Shown: piece after piece, positions 1 through 13,939 of the stretch
Layout: each line of letters opens with the position of its first letter
Position numbering within the stretch: the first letter of the stretch is position 1
NCBI GenBank assembly: GCA_964016885.1
Contig: OZ024741.1
Coordinates: forward strand, 190,650,001 to 190,714,000
Direction: 5' to 3'
From: Eledone cirrhosa
Taxonomy: Eukaryota
Length of the DNA: 64,000 bases
Made by a program: the position numbers and the translations under genes
The notes under the pieces: model-generated
Seen by the model: the letters and a program-made list of their open reading frames with translations, nothing else
What the model was told of the DNA's origin: nothing
Database searches by the model: none

Positions 1-120
1 AATAAAGGAAAAATAAAATATTTTTCTTCCTAAAAATCGTTTTTTTCTCCCTATTTACATATATATATATATTCCAACTCGTGTGCTCCTTCTCCATATT
101 TTATAATTATTATATATATA

Positions 121-476
121 TTTGAAAATTAGAATTAGTGCTCTGAAATAGCGATATATATATGAATGTATATATAATGTATTTTGCAATACACTGTATG
201 CGTAATTAAAAAGCATTTTGAAGACCATATGCTATTGTTTTAAAATAGTGACAATGTCACTTATTTAAATTTTCAGCAAACAGGGGAGATAAACTGACAG
301 AGCTCTGTTTCGTACTTTTTGGTATTTAACAAAGCTCACTACTCCTCCTGTTTGCTGAAAATTATGTGTGTTGGATTCTTATAGAATTCCAGTAATAATC
401 AGGAACTAATTATATATACACTATATATACATTCATATATATATCGCTATTTCAGAGCACCAATTCTAATTTTCAA
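121..476. repeat. Inverted repeat (arms ~121-177 and ~422-476) with nested inner stem 269-288/342-363; probable Penelope-like pseudo-LTR remnant
   Basis: ttgaaaattagaattagtgctctgaaatagcgatatatatatgaatgtatatata is the reverse complement of 422-476 with one mismatch; (TA)n context. Confidence 0.8.
289..339 (-). ncRNA. Degenerate type I hammerhead ribozyme (U3-A8 core variant)
   Basis: Minus strand: GUGAGCU UUGUUAA AUAC-caaaaa-GUAC GAAA CAG-agcu-CUG UC AGUUUAU; stems I-III form, GUC site present, A6 mutated to U. Confidence 0.55.
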
Positions 477-611
477 TTTCTGCTGGGCCGGCGACCACTC
501 TGTAAAATCAGTTCCTGGTCCTTGTGCAATTGACCAGGGCATCTCGAATCTTTTGCTGATATTATCGGCCTCTCACAGCATCCAGCATCGGTTGGGGAAA
601 GTTGTAGAAGG

Positions 612-1435
612 CTGGTTGGCAGAATCGTTAGAATGTCGGAGAAAATGCTTTGCGGCATTTATTCCGTCTCTTTACGTCCTGATTTGAAATCCTGCCAAAG
701 CCTACTTTGTCTCCTTTTGGGGTCGATAAAATAAAGTAACAATAATGCACTGCGGTTGATTTAATCAACTTTCAGTCTCTCTGAAAATTTCTGGCCTTGT
801 GCCTCTAGTAGAAATCATTATTATTATTGTTATTGCGGTGGATTGGCAGTATCAGTAGAGGGTTGGACGCCATGCTTTGCAGCATAGAGTTACGCCTCTT
901 TACGGTCTGAGTTCAAATCCTGCAGAGGTTAACTTTGCCTTTTATCCTTATGGGGTCGATAAAATAAAGTACCAGTAATGCACTGGGATAATTGCAGGCC
1001 TTGTGCCAAAAATAGAAACAATTATTATTATTGTTATTGCTCTGATACAATTTATGTTGATGGTGATTGTTGCTATGGGTGGTATTGACTATTGACTATA
1101 AATTGAATTATTGGAGGCAATATTGATTGACAACTTGCTAAATAATTAAAATATACTTCAATCATATTTGCCCTTATAATTAGCTGACTGCATTATATTT
1201 GTTGTTAGTAACCATATTATAAACATTGGTGGTGAATATTATAAATAGGGCGGTGAATTGGCAGTATCAGTAGAGGGTTGGACGCATGCTTTCTAGCATA
1301 GTTACGTCCCTTTACAGTCTGAGTTCAAATCCCACCGAGGTTAACTTTGCCTTTCATCCTTACGGGGTCGATAAAATAAAGTACCAGTCATGTACTGGGT
1401 AATTGCTGGCCTTGTGCCAAAAGTAGAAACAATTA
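612..1435 (+). mobile_element. Three tRNA-type SINE copies (~612-820, 836-1028, 1248-1435)
   Basis: Shared ~190-bp consensus ggattggcagtatc...gagttcaaatccc (B-box-like)...gtcgataaaataaagtaccag...gtagaaacaattatt. Confidence 0.85.
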
Positions 1436-1449
1436 TAAACATTGGTGAA

Positions 1450-2020
1450 GTGGTTTCGGATACAGCAAGAGTGGGTAGCTATGGTTATTGTTCGTTGTTA
1501 TATATTACTGGGTAACTGGGTATTATGGGGTTACAACGGTGACTAACTATGGATTATGATGTGAAAGTGTGTGGTTATAAATTGGGGGCTAACTATGGAC
1601 AACAGGGGAGATATATAGATATTCTTGCAAACCATGTAGTATTGAGTTATAGTTGGTGGTTATATATTGGTGGGTAACTCTAGACTATGGTGTTATAGTT
1701 GGTGATTATATAAGGGTGGGTAACTGGGTATTATGGTGTTATAGTTGGTGGTTATATATTGGTGGGTAACTCTAGACTATGGTGTTATAGTTGGTGATTA
1801 TATAAGGGTGGGTAACTGGGTATTATGGTGTTATAGTTGGTGGTTATATATTGGTGGGTAACTATGAATTATGTGGGTGGGTTCTACAGATATTTGTGGG
1901 AACTGTGTAGTATAAAATTATAGTGAGTGGTTATATACTGGTGGGTAATTAGGGAATTTCTGGTTATAGTGGGTGGTTAGATGTTAATGGATAACTATAA
2001 CCTATGAGGTTATAATGTGT
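1450..2020. repeat. GT-rich minisatellite, 46-bp unit arranged as a 92-bp dimer in its core (1645-1865)
   Basis: tagactatgg recurs at 1681 and 1773; units degenerate toward the edges. Confidence 0.85.
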
Positions 2021-2629
2021 GGGTCAAGGGCCATGTTTCATTTGGACATTCCATTTGGTAATGTTTCTACAACTTGATGCTCTTCCTAACACTATCTACT
2101 TTACAAAGTGCATTTGGGATTTTTTATTATGACACTAGCACTGGAAAAATTGTTTTGTTCCAAGGAAGACTAAAGAGCTCTCAGTATCCTATATTATCTC
2201 TGTTCATTTATTTGCCAATCACTTTACAGAGTGTATTGGATGAATCACATTACACCAGCCCAAGGGATGTTGTAATATCCTCAGCATCAATAAAGAGTCT
2301 CTTCTACCTTACATTTTCTCTGTTCACCACAATCAGAGGGTTGTCTCATCCCCACCAAGAAGCAGTACATCTGTAAGCCAACGTTTGTAGTGTATCACTG
2401 AAGGAATATTTACCAGTCAGTCAGATGGATATCTTTTGGATATGATCATCGATATCAGTGTTTGTAGCAGTGTTACTGACCCATATAAATGAGTAATACA
2501 TCAATGTCAGTCTAACTTTAGTTTTGTAAAGGATCAGCAATTGATAATGGCTCAAGTATTTCCTGGTCTGAAAGAGAAAGTTCAGTCTTTAGGATAAAAT
2601 GTTAGGATTATCATAGATACATCAAGGGC

Positions 2630-3020
2630 AGTGGATTTGCAGTATTGGTAAAACATCAAACAAAACACTTTGTAGCATTTATTTATGTCATTCAAAGATC
2701 AAATCATGCTGAGTTCAACTTTTCTTTTCATCCTTCCAGGGCCAATAAAATAAAGTACTCATCAAGTAATGCAGTCAATTTAATCAACTTTCCCCACCCT
2801 TCAAACTACTAAAGACCATTATTTGAGACCATTGGATTGGCAGAATCGGTAAAGTGTCAGACACCATGCTTTGAAGCATAGAGTTATGGCTCTTTACGTT
2901 CTGAGTTCAAATCCCGCCGAGGTTAACTTTGCCTTTCATCCTTACGGGGTCAATAAAATAAAGTACCAGTAATGCACTGGGATAATTGCTGGCCTTGTGC
3001 CAAAAGTAGAAACAATTATT
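2630..3020 (+). mobile_element. Two SINE copies (diverged 2630-2800; 2833-3020)
   Basis: Match to the SINE consensus. Confidence 0.8.
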
Positions 3021-3152
3021 ATAGATACATCAATATAATGTTTAAAACAATTATATAAAAATATATTTTAAAAACCACAATATTTGTACTGGTCATAAAA
3101 TATTAAGATTATATACTCTTTTTACATTTTTAGGTTTGATAATATTTTCAAA

Positions 3153-3321
3153 ATGGTTGGCTTTCTTGGAGAAAACTGTCCACCAAGAATATACACAAAC
3201 TCTGAGAGTATGAAACTGGTTCTGAAAACAGGGAAATATAATATAAATTGGTCTACTTCCTTTAAAATTGAACCACCTTATGCCACAGAGTTCAACAAGC
3301 AATCAAGAAAATTACACCCAG
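3153..3321 (+). CDS. Host gene coding exon A (MVGFLGENCPPRIYTNSES...KQSRKLHP)
   Basis: Acceptor tttttag ends at 3133, donor cag|gtattg; phase 1 matches exon B; frame is also open upstream of the ATG, so the start codon is uncertain. Confidence 0.65.
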
Positions 3322-5795
3322 GTATTGGTATAGAATTGTTTTATTGTAAAACCCAAGCTCATTCGTTATGGTATCACAAGGTTCTAAATGGCTAGTGCGT
3401 ATGTCAGGTTCCATAGGGTTAAGTGGATGAGAGGTAAATCTCCTGCTGAATAGAACACAGGACTATCACAGTTAGCTATCTTTCACCATGCCAGAAACTG
3501 AACCTGGCACTGCAAAGTAACAAATTGGTTTTCAATTCTATAGTGGTGCTGTAGCAAGCATTGACACTACTTTATCGCGGTGGAGTAATTGGGTTGTGCT
3601 TGGTCAGTCGCCACTCCTTTGGGTTGGCAGTGTAGGAATACTAAGAATGACTTCCGCCCAGCAGGCGATTTTGCGCCTAAGAATCAATTCTCCGGCAGTT
3701 ACGTTTCAGATTTTCAACTGAGTGGTACTTCGTAACTCATTCCTGATTTTCTTCATCCTGCCTTCTAATGCCGAGAGTAATAACTATATATAACTCTGTG
3801 AGGAATTATATTGTTATTGTTCAGCTCAACTATACCTTAATTTGCAGCTCTTCATTCTCCTTTTGTTGTTCATATATTTTGGCTATAACAAATGTTAATT
3901 CATGTGATTCCATTGTGAAATATTTCACAATAAAACTATGTATTACTAAAGACTTATTACTAAAGTAGTTACATTCTATATTTCCTTAGGAGAATTACAT
4001 TTATCATTTAACTTAATTATACAATATGTTGCAGCTTTTCACTCTCCTACAACTTGTATTAATATGAAGCAAAAATAAATAATTATTCTGTTTCAAATTA
4101 TGCCTTCTGATCTGATCCTTTCCTCAACTATGGAACATGAACACGCAGCCTTACAATATATCTTCTTTAAGGATCCTTTCTGCTACCAATATTTCATACA
4201 GCCAAATGTCTAATCGCTAAAGTGCTATCTGTTGTGAACTGTGGCATTCTGTGATAACTACTTACAGTTAGATGGTCTGGATTGTTTATAGTTACATTGT
4301 TATATACTTTTAGTATGATCTAACAGTGGGCTCAACTATATATCTGGTACTAAGTATATTTGAGAGAACAAAATCTATACACCACAGTTCACTATTCATC
4401 ATAGAGAAGACGTATAGGTAAGGGTTTTGGCATGAATATGATTGTGAATACAAGCATCCAAAATGAGGTTCTTCTAAAGGATCTTTGGAGTAATGTTACT
4501 CAATAGAGTGTGTAGCTTGGAGATCAGAGTCACTTCAGGTAGAGCTGTTATTTCTCTGAATTGAGAAGTCATAGCTCCGATACTATGGGAATGTGGTTAG
4601 AATGTTTCAGGAAAGAATTAGTGGACAAATTTTATGGGTAAAACCAACCAGCAGGAGACCCAGTGGTAGACTCTGAGCAAGATGGGTGAATAACATTCGG
4701 CTGGTTTTGCTTGGGAATCCAGCCGAATCAATTGAAAATGGTTGCTTCTAACAGGACCTGCTGAAAGGAGTGTTTGAGGACCCTGTCCCCATGACCCTCT
4801 CAGGAATAAGTGACAAAGAAGAAGTACACACAGTCTGTGTTCAACATCAGTGGAGGCATTCTGTACTGTATTTGAACAGTGAAGTTAATACTATATGCTT
4901 CACTTCATTTGGCTATCAGGAAATAGACAGCAAATTATCTTGGAATGTTTCCTACGATAAACAGTAATCCCATCCAAGAAAGATATATTTCTCCTTCCAC
5001 TGGCTATCTAGAGCCTCTTGGAACAGAATCTACAGACATGTAGAGACAAACTGGCTAAACTGAAACACTGTACTACATACAATTAACCATTTCATGCCAC
5101 AATGTGCAGTATGCTCCTCATATGCAGAAATATATGTTTATAACTTAAATCTAGTTGTTTGTTTAGTGTTTAAATGATTGTAGGATGGTTGAATGGTTAA
5201 GAATTTCATTTCACAAACCATTGCTGTAGCCACTTGTCAACTAAAGCCTTGTGTATAAAACTGAAGAGATGGAACTGTTTGGAAGCCCACCAGATGGAGG
5301 ATTGTACCAGTAATTCAAAGAGCTAACTTTGTCACACACTATATCATTAAGGGAACACAGGTTTGTGGAATAGTCTGCCACTTCCACATTAATTAAATGA
5401 GTTGACCATTCTACTGACTGAACAACTAAAACACTCATGCCTGAAATCAATGGAAGTCCATTTATATGATATGGGTCAACTGGATCAAGGCTAACCAGCC
5501 ATCATTGGGCTGACCCCCAGTAATGTATCCACTCACTCAGCTATCTCATTAAAGAGGTTTTTATTTCAAGGGCTACAGCAATGCACATAGGACATTATAT
5601 GTTTTAAATAATATAAATGAAGTTGATAAAATGTTACCTTGATGGTGTTTAATTAGTCTTTAAATATTTTTGGATAAAACAATTGTTTTGTCAAAGTAGA
5701 GTTAAGGAAACTAAATCAAAGCAAGATAATTTGTGTTGTTTTTATGCAAGCATTTCTGAATCATTCAATTTAATTTATTGATATCATTTCTCCAG

Positions 5796-5941
5796 ATGGC
5801 AGCAGATCAGCAGACAGTCGATATTATTCTCTACCCAATGATGGCCTATCAACTCCAATACCATCTTATACTGCTTTAAATGATCCGCATCTGAAACCCT
5901 ACTTCTTTCGTAAATTTGGTAGATTTCAGACTACGATAACT
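5796..5941 (+). CDS. Host gene coding exon B (DGSRSADSRYYSLPNDGLSTPIPSYTALNDPHLKPYFFRKFGRFQTTIT)
   Basis: tttctccag acceptor, |gtgagt donor, open in the phase set by exon A, ends phase 0. Confidence 0.8.
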
Positions 5942-6809
5942 GTGAGTTTTTGCTTTATTTTTCTTTTCTTGATGAATTAGGGATATTTTTGTTGTATGTT
6001 TATGTCTGTCTGCTAATCTGTCTAGCTATCTATCTGCCTATTTGTGTCTCTATATATATATATGTATGAATGTATGCATGTGTATATGTGTGTGTGTACC
6101 TGCAATGAGTTGGTTGTGGTAGGAACATTTTGGCAGTCGACAGCACAAACATGACAAAGGTACTCTCAAGGCTTCACTAAATGACACATCTATGACTAAT
6201 CCCATGATCATCATCCATAAGGATGGACAAACAAGGATATTATATATATATATATATATCATCACCATTTAATGTCCATTTTTCCACGCTGGCATGGGTT
6301 AGACGAGTTATTCTGTTGTGAGCAATGCTAGGTCAGGTGATCATGTCATGCTCATACAGAACCGATTTTGGCTTGGTTTCTACAGCTGGATGCCCTTGCT
6401 AGTGCCAGCCTCATTTACAGTGAGTACTGGGTACATTTTGTTGTGATGCCTACACAACCGTTTTACAGTGAGTACTGGGTGCTTTTTGCCATGACAGCTA
6501 CACAACCACTTTATAGTTTGGCTGGAGGTTTTTTGCCGTGTTGCCATCATGACTACTTTACAGTGTGGGCTGGGTGCATTTTGTCATGATATGTGTGTGT
6601 GAGTTGGTGTAGGGAAAATATTAATAAGAAAAAAGAATGCTTTATATTAATATTTGTTATGATAATTCATTTGCAACCATTGTTTCATCAACTAGCAAAG
6701 ATAGCAGAACTGCAAGCTATTGATTTCAGTAATATCTTCAGGTGAAAGTGCATACAAATGGCTGAATGAGATTCTGCAAAATTTTTTATTGGAAATGGTA
6801 AGAAATATA

Positions 6810-7315
6810 AAAATTGAAAAAGGAATGCGATAGGTTTGATGCTGAGTGCTGCATGGTTGGAATGAAAACCAGTGCTACAAAAACTGAGACATTTGTCCTC
6901 GCAAGGAAGCCTGTGCAGTACACTCTACATGTGAGTGGAGTTCCACTGAAGCAGGTGGAGAAGTTCAATTATCTCGGGGCTGTATTCATGAGTGATGGAA
7001 GGTAGGAACTGAATTAAGTACAAAAATTGCAGGAGCTGGTACAGTAATGTACCAGCTTCAGCCTTTGGTAATCAGAAGAAGGGAGGTCGGTGTAAAAGCC
7101 AAACTCGCTATAGTCAATTCAGTATTCATGCCAACCCTTACCTATGGTCATGAATCTTGGGTAATGACTGAAAGAATATGATCCTGAATACAAGCGGCTG
7201 AAATGGAGTTCTCCCGAAGGGCATTTGGAGTAACTCGATAGAGTATGTAGCTTGGAGATCAGAGAGTCGCTCCAGGTAGAGACACTACTTCGAATTGAGA
7301 GATCACAGCTCCGAT
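6810..7315 (+). mobile_element. Degraded RTE-type LINE RT C-terminal fragment (related relic at ~4440-4800)
   Basis: LKQVEKFNYLG motif and PTLTYGHESW in an adjacent frame. Confidence 0.7.
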
Positions 7316-7479
7316 AAGAAAAATAAAAAGAAGAAAAATAAAAAAACAAAAAAAAAAGACGTGAAAGAGGGGAGGTAACTTTAATATATAATATATAATA
7401 TATTTTGGAAAAATAGCTTAGTAAAACGATAAAAGTTAGTCCCTTTAACTATCTTTATTATCTCAGAAAAATCAACACT

Positions 7480-8360
7480 GCACATTTTATTTTTATGCTT
7501 TTTTATTGTGAAGTGTTTAGTACTTATTTCAGTTCAATGTGATCGCCATATGCTCTCTTTACCACTTTAATCCATTTGCGAAATAATGCGCATGGCTTAA
7601 CTATTTCTTCCTTTTTCATTTCACCAAATGCTCGCTTGATTGAAGCCTTCACCGAAGACACAAAGTTGTGTTGGATATTGCTTCAACTGTGCCCATTAGC
7701 CAACAACCACACAGATTCAAATCTGGTGAGCTACAGGGCCAGGTATCTTTAGGGACAAAAATGGGCAATTCCTTCTTCAGAAATTCTTGCACTCTTTTTG
7801 AAGAATGACTTGACTTGCATCATAATGCTTCCTAATCCAAAGCAACAAAAGATTTTGAGATACTCTTCTGAGTTGGTTTTTAGACATGCTTCAATGAAAT
7901 GGGGTGGCACCAATTTTCCATCACTTACAGCAGCTCCAAAGACCATAATGGAAGCCAGATTCTTGCTATGCATAGCTGAAGCAACTTGGGAGGGTTGTAC
8001 ACTATTACTCGTGAGTTTTTACGGTTTGCAACTTCATCTACCACAAACTTCTTTTCATCCATGAAGATGCGGATGTCTCCCCCATGATGTTTCAGATGAC
8101 TAAGAAATTTAGGACTTCTTTCAGCTTGAATGGCTTTGGATCGGGTAGTTAGGATGTTACTGTGTCTTCTCATGTATGATTTCATATGGAGGTCTTGTCT
8201 CACAGCCCTAGAAATGGTCATTTTACTGAATCCTCGACCTTTTAAACCATGGTGAACCATCGATCTTTTAAGTCAGGTTAAGAAGCAAGGTCTGCATTTT
8301 TGGTCACTGCGAGGACTGTGAGTCTTTCTCTGAACATCCTGACTTTTCTTCAAATTGGCT
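7480..8360 (-). mobile_element. Degraded Tc1/mariner (maT-like) transposase relic
   Basis: IFMDEKKF, IMVFGAAVSDGKLVPPHF and WPCSSPDLN motifs across frameshifts. Confidence 0.85.
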
Positions 8361-9227
8361 GTAACAGTAGATGTAAGTTATATGTCAAGATGCTATGCTG
8401 GAAGAATCCTATGCAACTACACACATATACCCCTATTACTTATTTACATAAATATTTCACAAGAAAATATCAAATCAAAAGGAAAGTAAATATTAAGTCG
8501 ATGCTAAGTATGTCAATCAGTCATACAATACAAGGGGTACTGGGGCCTCCTTCTAATACTTTTTGAGGTAAGCAAACACACTGGTAGCATTACCGCAGGT
8601 GATAGCAATAAGACGCTCGGACAATGAAGCACCCTCACGGGCATCACCTGATACCTTGGTAAGATAAACCGCCAGCAATGACAAGAACTTCGTTGTCACC
8701 CCCACCCCGCCCATAGGATAGAAAAAATAGTTTACCTGTATTTTAACATTTTTTAAATTTCAGCTACAGAAGCAGTGACACCCACATTTACCACAGCATC
8801 CAAGAGTGAAAGAGTCACTGACTGTGGTGTCCCAAATGAGACATCTACCTCTTAGCTAGGGACAAAGGTTAAGACAATCTGGTCTCTCCCCATCAACTCT
8901 GGACAGTCCAGCCAGTTCTAGAATTAAGGGGATATTTACCTGAGCCAGGACTCACTTATCAACTTATGCCAGACATAAAATGATGATGATGTATGTAGGT
9001 TTTTGTTACTGTTGACCACTCGTGTTACTGATGTATTAGGTGATACGGGGACACTGGGTATCTCAGCGCCTTACTGTGTTGACAGGGAATTTGTTGGTTG
9101 TCTCAAAAATTATTCAAGGGAACTTCAACGACATTGTTGTGGCATCGTCTTTTTATTTCTAAATATAGAATGTGTTTATATCCTAATATATAAATTGTGT
9201 TATAGAATCATGAACTCATTATTATTC

Positions 9228-10510
9228 AGGGGTGGATTGGCAGTATCGGTAGAGGGTCGGACGCCATGCTTTCCAGCATAGTTACGTCCCTTTACGATCT
9301 GAGTTCAAACCCCGCCGAGGTTGACTTTGCCTTTCATCCTTACGGGGGTCGATAAAATAAAGTACCAGTAATGCACTGGGTAATTGCTGGCCTTGTGCCT
9401 AAAGTAGAAACAATTATTATTCAGTGGATTGGCAGTATCGGTAGAGAGTCGGACGCCATGCTTTCCAGCATAGTTACGTCCCTTTACGGTCTGAGTTCAA
9501 ATCCCGTCGAGGTTTACTTTGCCTTTCATCCTTACAAGGTCGATAAAATAAAGTACCAGTAATACTCTGGGTATTTGCTGGCCTTATGCCTAAAGTAGAA
9601 ATAATTATTATTCAGCAAAGAGTTACGGCCCTTTATGATCTGAGTTCAAATCCCGCCGAGGTTAACTTTGCCTTTCATCCTTACGGGGGCGATAAAATAA
9701 AGTACCCGTAATACTCTGGGTAATTGTTGGCCTTGTGCCAAAAAGTAGAAACAATTATTATTACTAAGAAGCAAATGAATAAGTGAGGCATCTACGTACA
9801 TAATAGTTTCTAATGTTGGCAGAAAGTCAGGATATTTTGGGAGGCGGGAGTAATGGAAGTAATAGTAGATTAACTGGAGCACAGTACCTGATTGTTTCTT
9901 ACTTTATCAATGCCGAAAGAATACAAATGTTGAAATAAAATGTTAGTTCATAATTTCAGTAATCGTTGTTGGTTGACGATAGCTGTGATATGAGAGTTAC
10001 CTCCCTTATTTTGTTGTACTACAAAAGTTAACTTCCCTTTACATAAATAACAGAGTTGTCAGATATTCTCGTTTCTAAGAGAAACCTTCGAACCACTGCT
10101 TTACAGCATTCGTGTCGGTACTTTGTGCTCTGAATTCAAATCACGACATGGTCAACTTTACCTTTCATCCTTTAGGGGTCCATAAAATAAAGTGCCGCTA
10201 AAGTACAAGGGTTGATGTAATCGACTTGCCCGTTCCACCAAAATTGTTGGCCTAGTAACAATATTATAAAGAATTATTATAAACAAAAAGGACGGTGGAT
10301 TTACAGAATCGTTAGAGCGTCGGAAAAAGTGCTTTGAGGTATCTAATTATGGACCTTTGCGTTTTTTAGTTCAAATCTCGCGAGGTCAACTTTGCCTTTC
10401 ATCCTTCCAGAGTTGATAAAATAAAGTACCAGTCAAGTACTAGTTATGTAATCAACTGTTCCCCCCAGTCTAAAATTACTGATCTTGTTCCTAAATTAGA
10501 AACTATAATT
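9228..10510 (+). mobile_element. SINE cluster: head-to-tail copies 9228-9420, 9424-9610, 9620-9760, plus older copies 10085-10280 and 10293-10510
   Basis: Repeated SINE consensus. Confidence 0.85.
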
Positions 10511-10814
10511 GCAAAACTAAAAGATTATTTTCGATTGTAATTTGAATTTTAAATTACAAATATACAATTTGAGAAACAAGAAACAAATAGACTAGATAAA
10601 ATGAATTACAAAATGAAAAACAAATACCACCCTTCTCAAACACACACTGATAGGTCGTTATGGAACACACCAGTATCCCACCCCTGTAAAAGCTGAGACA
10701 GCATTGAGTAGAGAGGACCCTGTGACTGTTGAATACCTGACAACTTTTTTAGTATTGATGTAATGATAAAATGCATCCAGGACACTCTGTAAAGTGGTTA
10801 GCAGAGACAATATA

Positions 10815-11300
10815 CATCATCATCATCATCATTTTACATCCACTTTTCCATGCTTGCATGGGTTGAACGAGTCTTTTGCAGCACATATCCTTCCACTTGT
10901 ATTCTTTTGTCATCTCGGTGAGCTTCCATATTTGAGATCTGTTCTCACTGCCTCCACCCAGATCTTCCTTGGTCTTCTACTGTAGCTTCCTTCCACTGAT
11001 ACTTCTTGGCTCTTTTTCACTCAGGAATCATCATCCATATGCATCACAAATCTACATCTCTCTTGCACACTACATCTGATTCATCTTATACCCAGGTTTT
11101 CTCTTAGTTCATCCATATTTCAGCATTCACACACATAGATATTGCACATCCATCGAAGCATGTTACTTCATTTCTTTCCAGCCTTTGCATATTCTCTGCA
11201 TTCACTGCCCATGTCTCATTACTATGCAACATTGCACATCTTATAGAGGCATCAAACAGCCCATCTTTTGTTCATAGAGAGAATCATTCTGTTATCAGTG
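10815..11300 (-). mobile_element. RTE LINE 3' fragment with (GAT)n tail
   Basis: Similar to the 3' end of the 39436-42540 element; (cat)n at ~10815-10831. Confidence 0.75.
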
Positions 11301-11574
11301 TGTGGAATGAGATGGCAAGCCTTTACATAGGAGCCAATTTTTGTTTGCTCACATTAACCCTTTTGATATCAAACCACCCCAAAAATTCTTCCTCAAAACA
11401 CCTTGAGGTATTTATGTCTGCTCTTTCCATTCTAATTTCACATCCAGTTGAGGTTACTTTAACATTTTCTTCTGAAGTTGATAAATAAAATAACAGTCTA
11501 GCATGGTAAACGGGCAGAATCATTAGAGTAATATTTGTTCCAGTTCTTTGTATTTTGAGTGCATATGAGTAGAT

Positions 11575-12560
11575 GCCAACTTAAAGAATACCACAGTACT
11601 GAAATATGCAGATGTCATCAAGCTGTACCTTGAGATAAAAAGGACATATTCTGAACATTATAGATATTTCCTGCAATCAAACCTGGACACAATGCAGCAA
11701 TGGATCACGGACTGGCAACTCAAGTTGGCTGTGGACAAGTGTACCACCATGCATTTTGGGAGGAAAAACCCAGTGTCCACATACTCCCTCCACAACACTA
11801 ATATCAAAAAGTCTTCTTGTGAACGTGACCTGGGCATTACTGTCAGCAGCGATTTGCGTTGGACCAAGCACGTCTCTAAAATTGTCATGAAGTCGGAGGG
11901 TGTCTTAGCATCACTCAGCAAGACCTTTGTCAGCCACTCTCCAGCTATCTATTTAAAGCTGTACATGGCTATGATGCGGCCACACTTAGAATTTGCATCA
12001 CCAGTCTGGAGCCCTTATCTTGCCCATTGACCTCCTGGAAACTGTTCAGAGACGTGCAACCAAGTGAATACCCTCCATCAGGCATCTACCATACTCTGAA
12101 CGCCTTGCTTCCCTGGGCAAGGATACATTGAAGCTCCGACATCTGGTAAACACCTACAAAATTATTAACCATTTTGCCAACAACAACCCTGAACACCTTT
12201 TTGATTTCCATGTGCCAAACACACGTGGACATGCCCACAAAGTCAGAAAACAGCAGAGCTCCCATGACTTTCGGAAACATATTTTCACGCTCAGAGTTGC
12301 TGAAGCATGGAACAAACTACCTGCATCAGTTGTTAGCTGTTGAGACACTGCATTCTTTAAAACCTCCATGCTTCCTGAGATTCGCCAACACTGCACCTGA
12401 TATCCCCCCTCCATACACATGCACACATGTATAACATGACTCATACACTGTTCACTTTCCTGACATTTGTACATTATTCTATGTACTATACATACACCTT
12501 TGATGAGTTGTAGTGCACGTGAGCACTGTACACAATAATTTCATTATTATTATTATTATT
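11575..12560 (+). mobile_element. 5'-truncated CR1-like LINE (RT C-terminus, 3' UTR, (ATT)n tail)
   Basis: YADVIKLY, ERDLGITVSSDLRW, RPHLEFASPVWSPY, RVAEAWNKLP. Confidence 0.85.
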
Positions 12561-13269
12561 TAAATCCTGTGGAAAGGATTGGAACTCAACTATGTACATA
12601 GCTGTAGTTAACTATAGTACACATCAGGGCAGTCTATGGTATTCAACATGTTGAGATGTTGATGATGATGATGTCATTGATTGATCTGTTATACAGAAAA
12701 AGTTATTAAATTTTATTCTGAAGGTCAAATGTATTTTGGTGAGCAGTGAAGAAGGTATTGTGTTGGTATCTGGAGAAATGCTTAAACTATATGAAAATTT
12801 ATTAAGATCAAGATAACAGAGAATAAAATAAATAATTCAGTGAAATATTCAAATATTTTGTTGTCAAAATACAATATTTCAGCCATTTTCTTGTTATTTT
12901 AGTTTTAAAAGACACAAAGAAGTATCTATAATATTAAATTTATATTTTATGGTATACAATTTATACCATATAAATAAGTATATAATTTATAATATTGTTC
13001 ACTGAAAGACTGTTCTGAACTCTGAGTTGAGAATTTGTGCAACATTTGAATATAGCAGAATCAGTGGTGCACCAGACAATGTAACTTGTGCAAACTACGA
13101 TGGACCTATTGACTAGAGCTAGCCTCACTATCACTGGTGCTGGTGGAAACTACACAATACAGTACAAGTAAAACCTCAATATGCATGTAAATCTCCTGAC
13201 CATCACCAAGCAGTCATGCAGTACTCCTACCCTTCAGGCCCATAAAAATAGCAAGTCACCCATGCAGTC

Positions 13270-13920
13270 TCTTTATTATCAAACGTGGAACTTAAGATTT
13301 GCCAATATCAATGTTGGGACAATGAAGTAGAAGTCAGATGAGATTGTGGAGATTCTAGAGAGGTAGATGTGTGGTGTGTGCAAGAAATATGGTGGTGGAG
13401 TGCTTCAGCCAGATTCATCACAGGCAAAGAACAACAGTAGAAATTCTTCTGGGTGGGTAGTAATAATGGGGTGGGTGGAGTAGGAATGCTCCTTGCTGAG
13501 AGATGGGTAGACCAGGTAATTGAGGTAGTCAGAGTGAGTGATAGATTAATTAAACTTAGATTAGCCTTGAGCAATACGACAGCCATATACTATCTGCTTA
13601 CACACCACTAACAAATAAAATTTTTCTATGAGGTCCTCATACAGACTAGTTCAATGACAGATCTTATGATTGCAGCTGGTGACTTCAACGGACATGCTGG
13701 GAAACATCACAATGAATTCTCTGGCACACATAGAGGCTATGGTTATGGCACAAGAAATGAGGAGTGGACTAGACTTCTGGAGTTCCCTAATGCTCTTGAC
13801 TTAATGATCTCTATCATAAACTTCAAGAAACCAGCCAACCATCTGATTACCTACCAATCGGGTGGGGTGGTAGTGGTGTGTGTGCATACAAACCAAATAG
13901 ACTTCATCCTCACAAGAATA
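13270..13920 (+). mobile_element. RTE APE-endonuclease fragment, degraded
   Basis: AGDFNGHAG...GYGYGTRNEE...NQIDFIL. Confidence 0.8.
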
Positions 13921-13939
13921 GAAACATCATCATCACCAC

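Noticed and set aside
111-165. Possible hammerhead TTGAAAA...GAAA tagcga TA in the outer arm of the first inverted repeat
   Set aside because: Stem II cannot close without using the GAAA; stem I is only (TA)n
8764-8867. Exon-like segment (tttcag...aaag|gttaag) between exons B and C
   Set aside because: Stop at the fifth codon in the required phase; exons B and C already join in frame
9228-9760. Regularly repeated ~190-bp units resembling a CRISPR or tRNA array
   Set aside because: Head-to-tail SINE copies with no unique spacers and no cloverleaf; eukaryotic context
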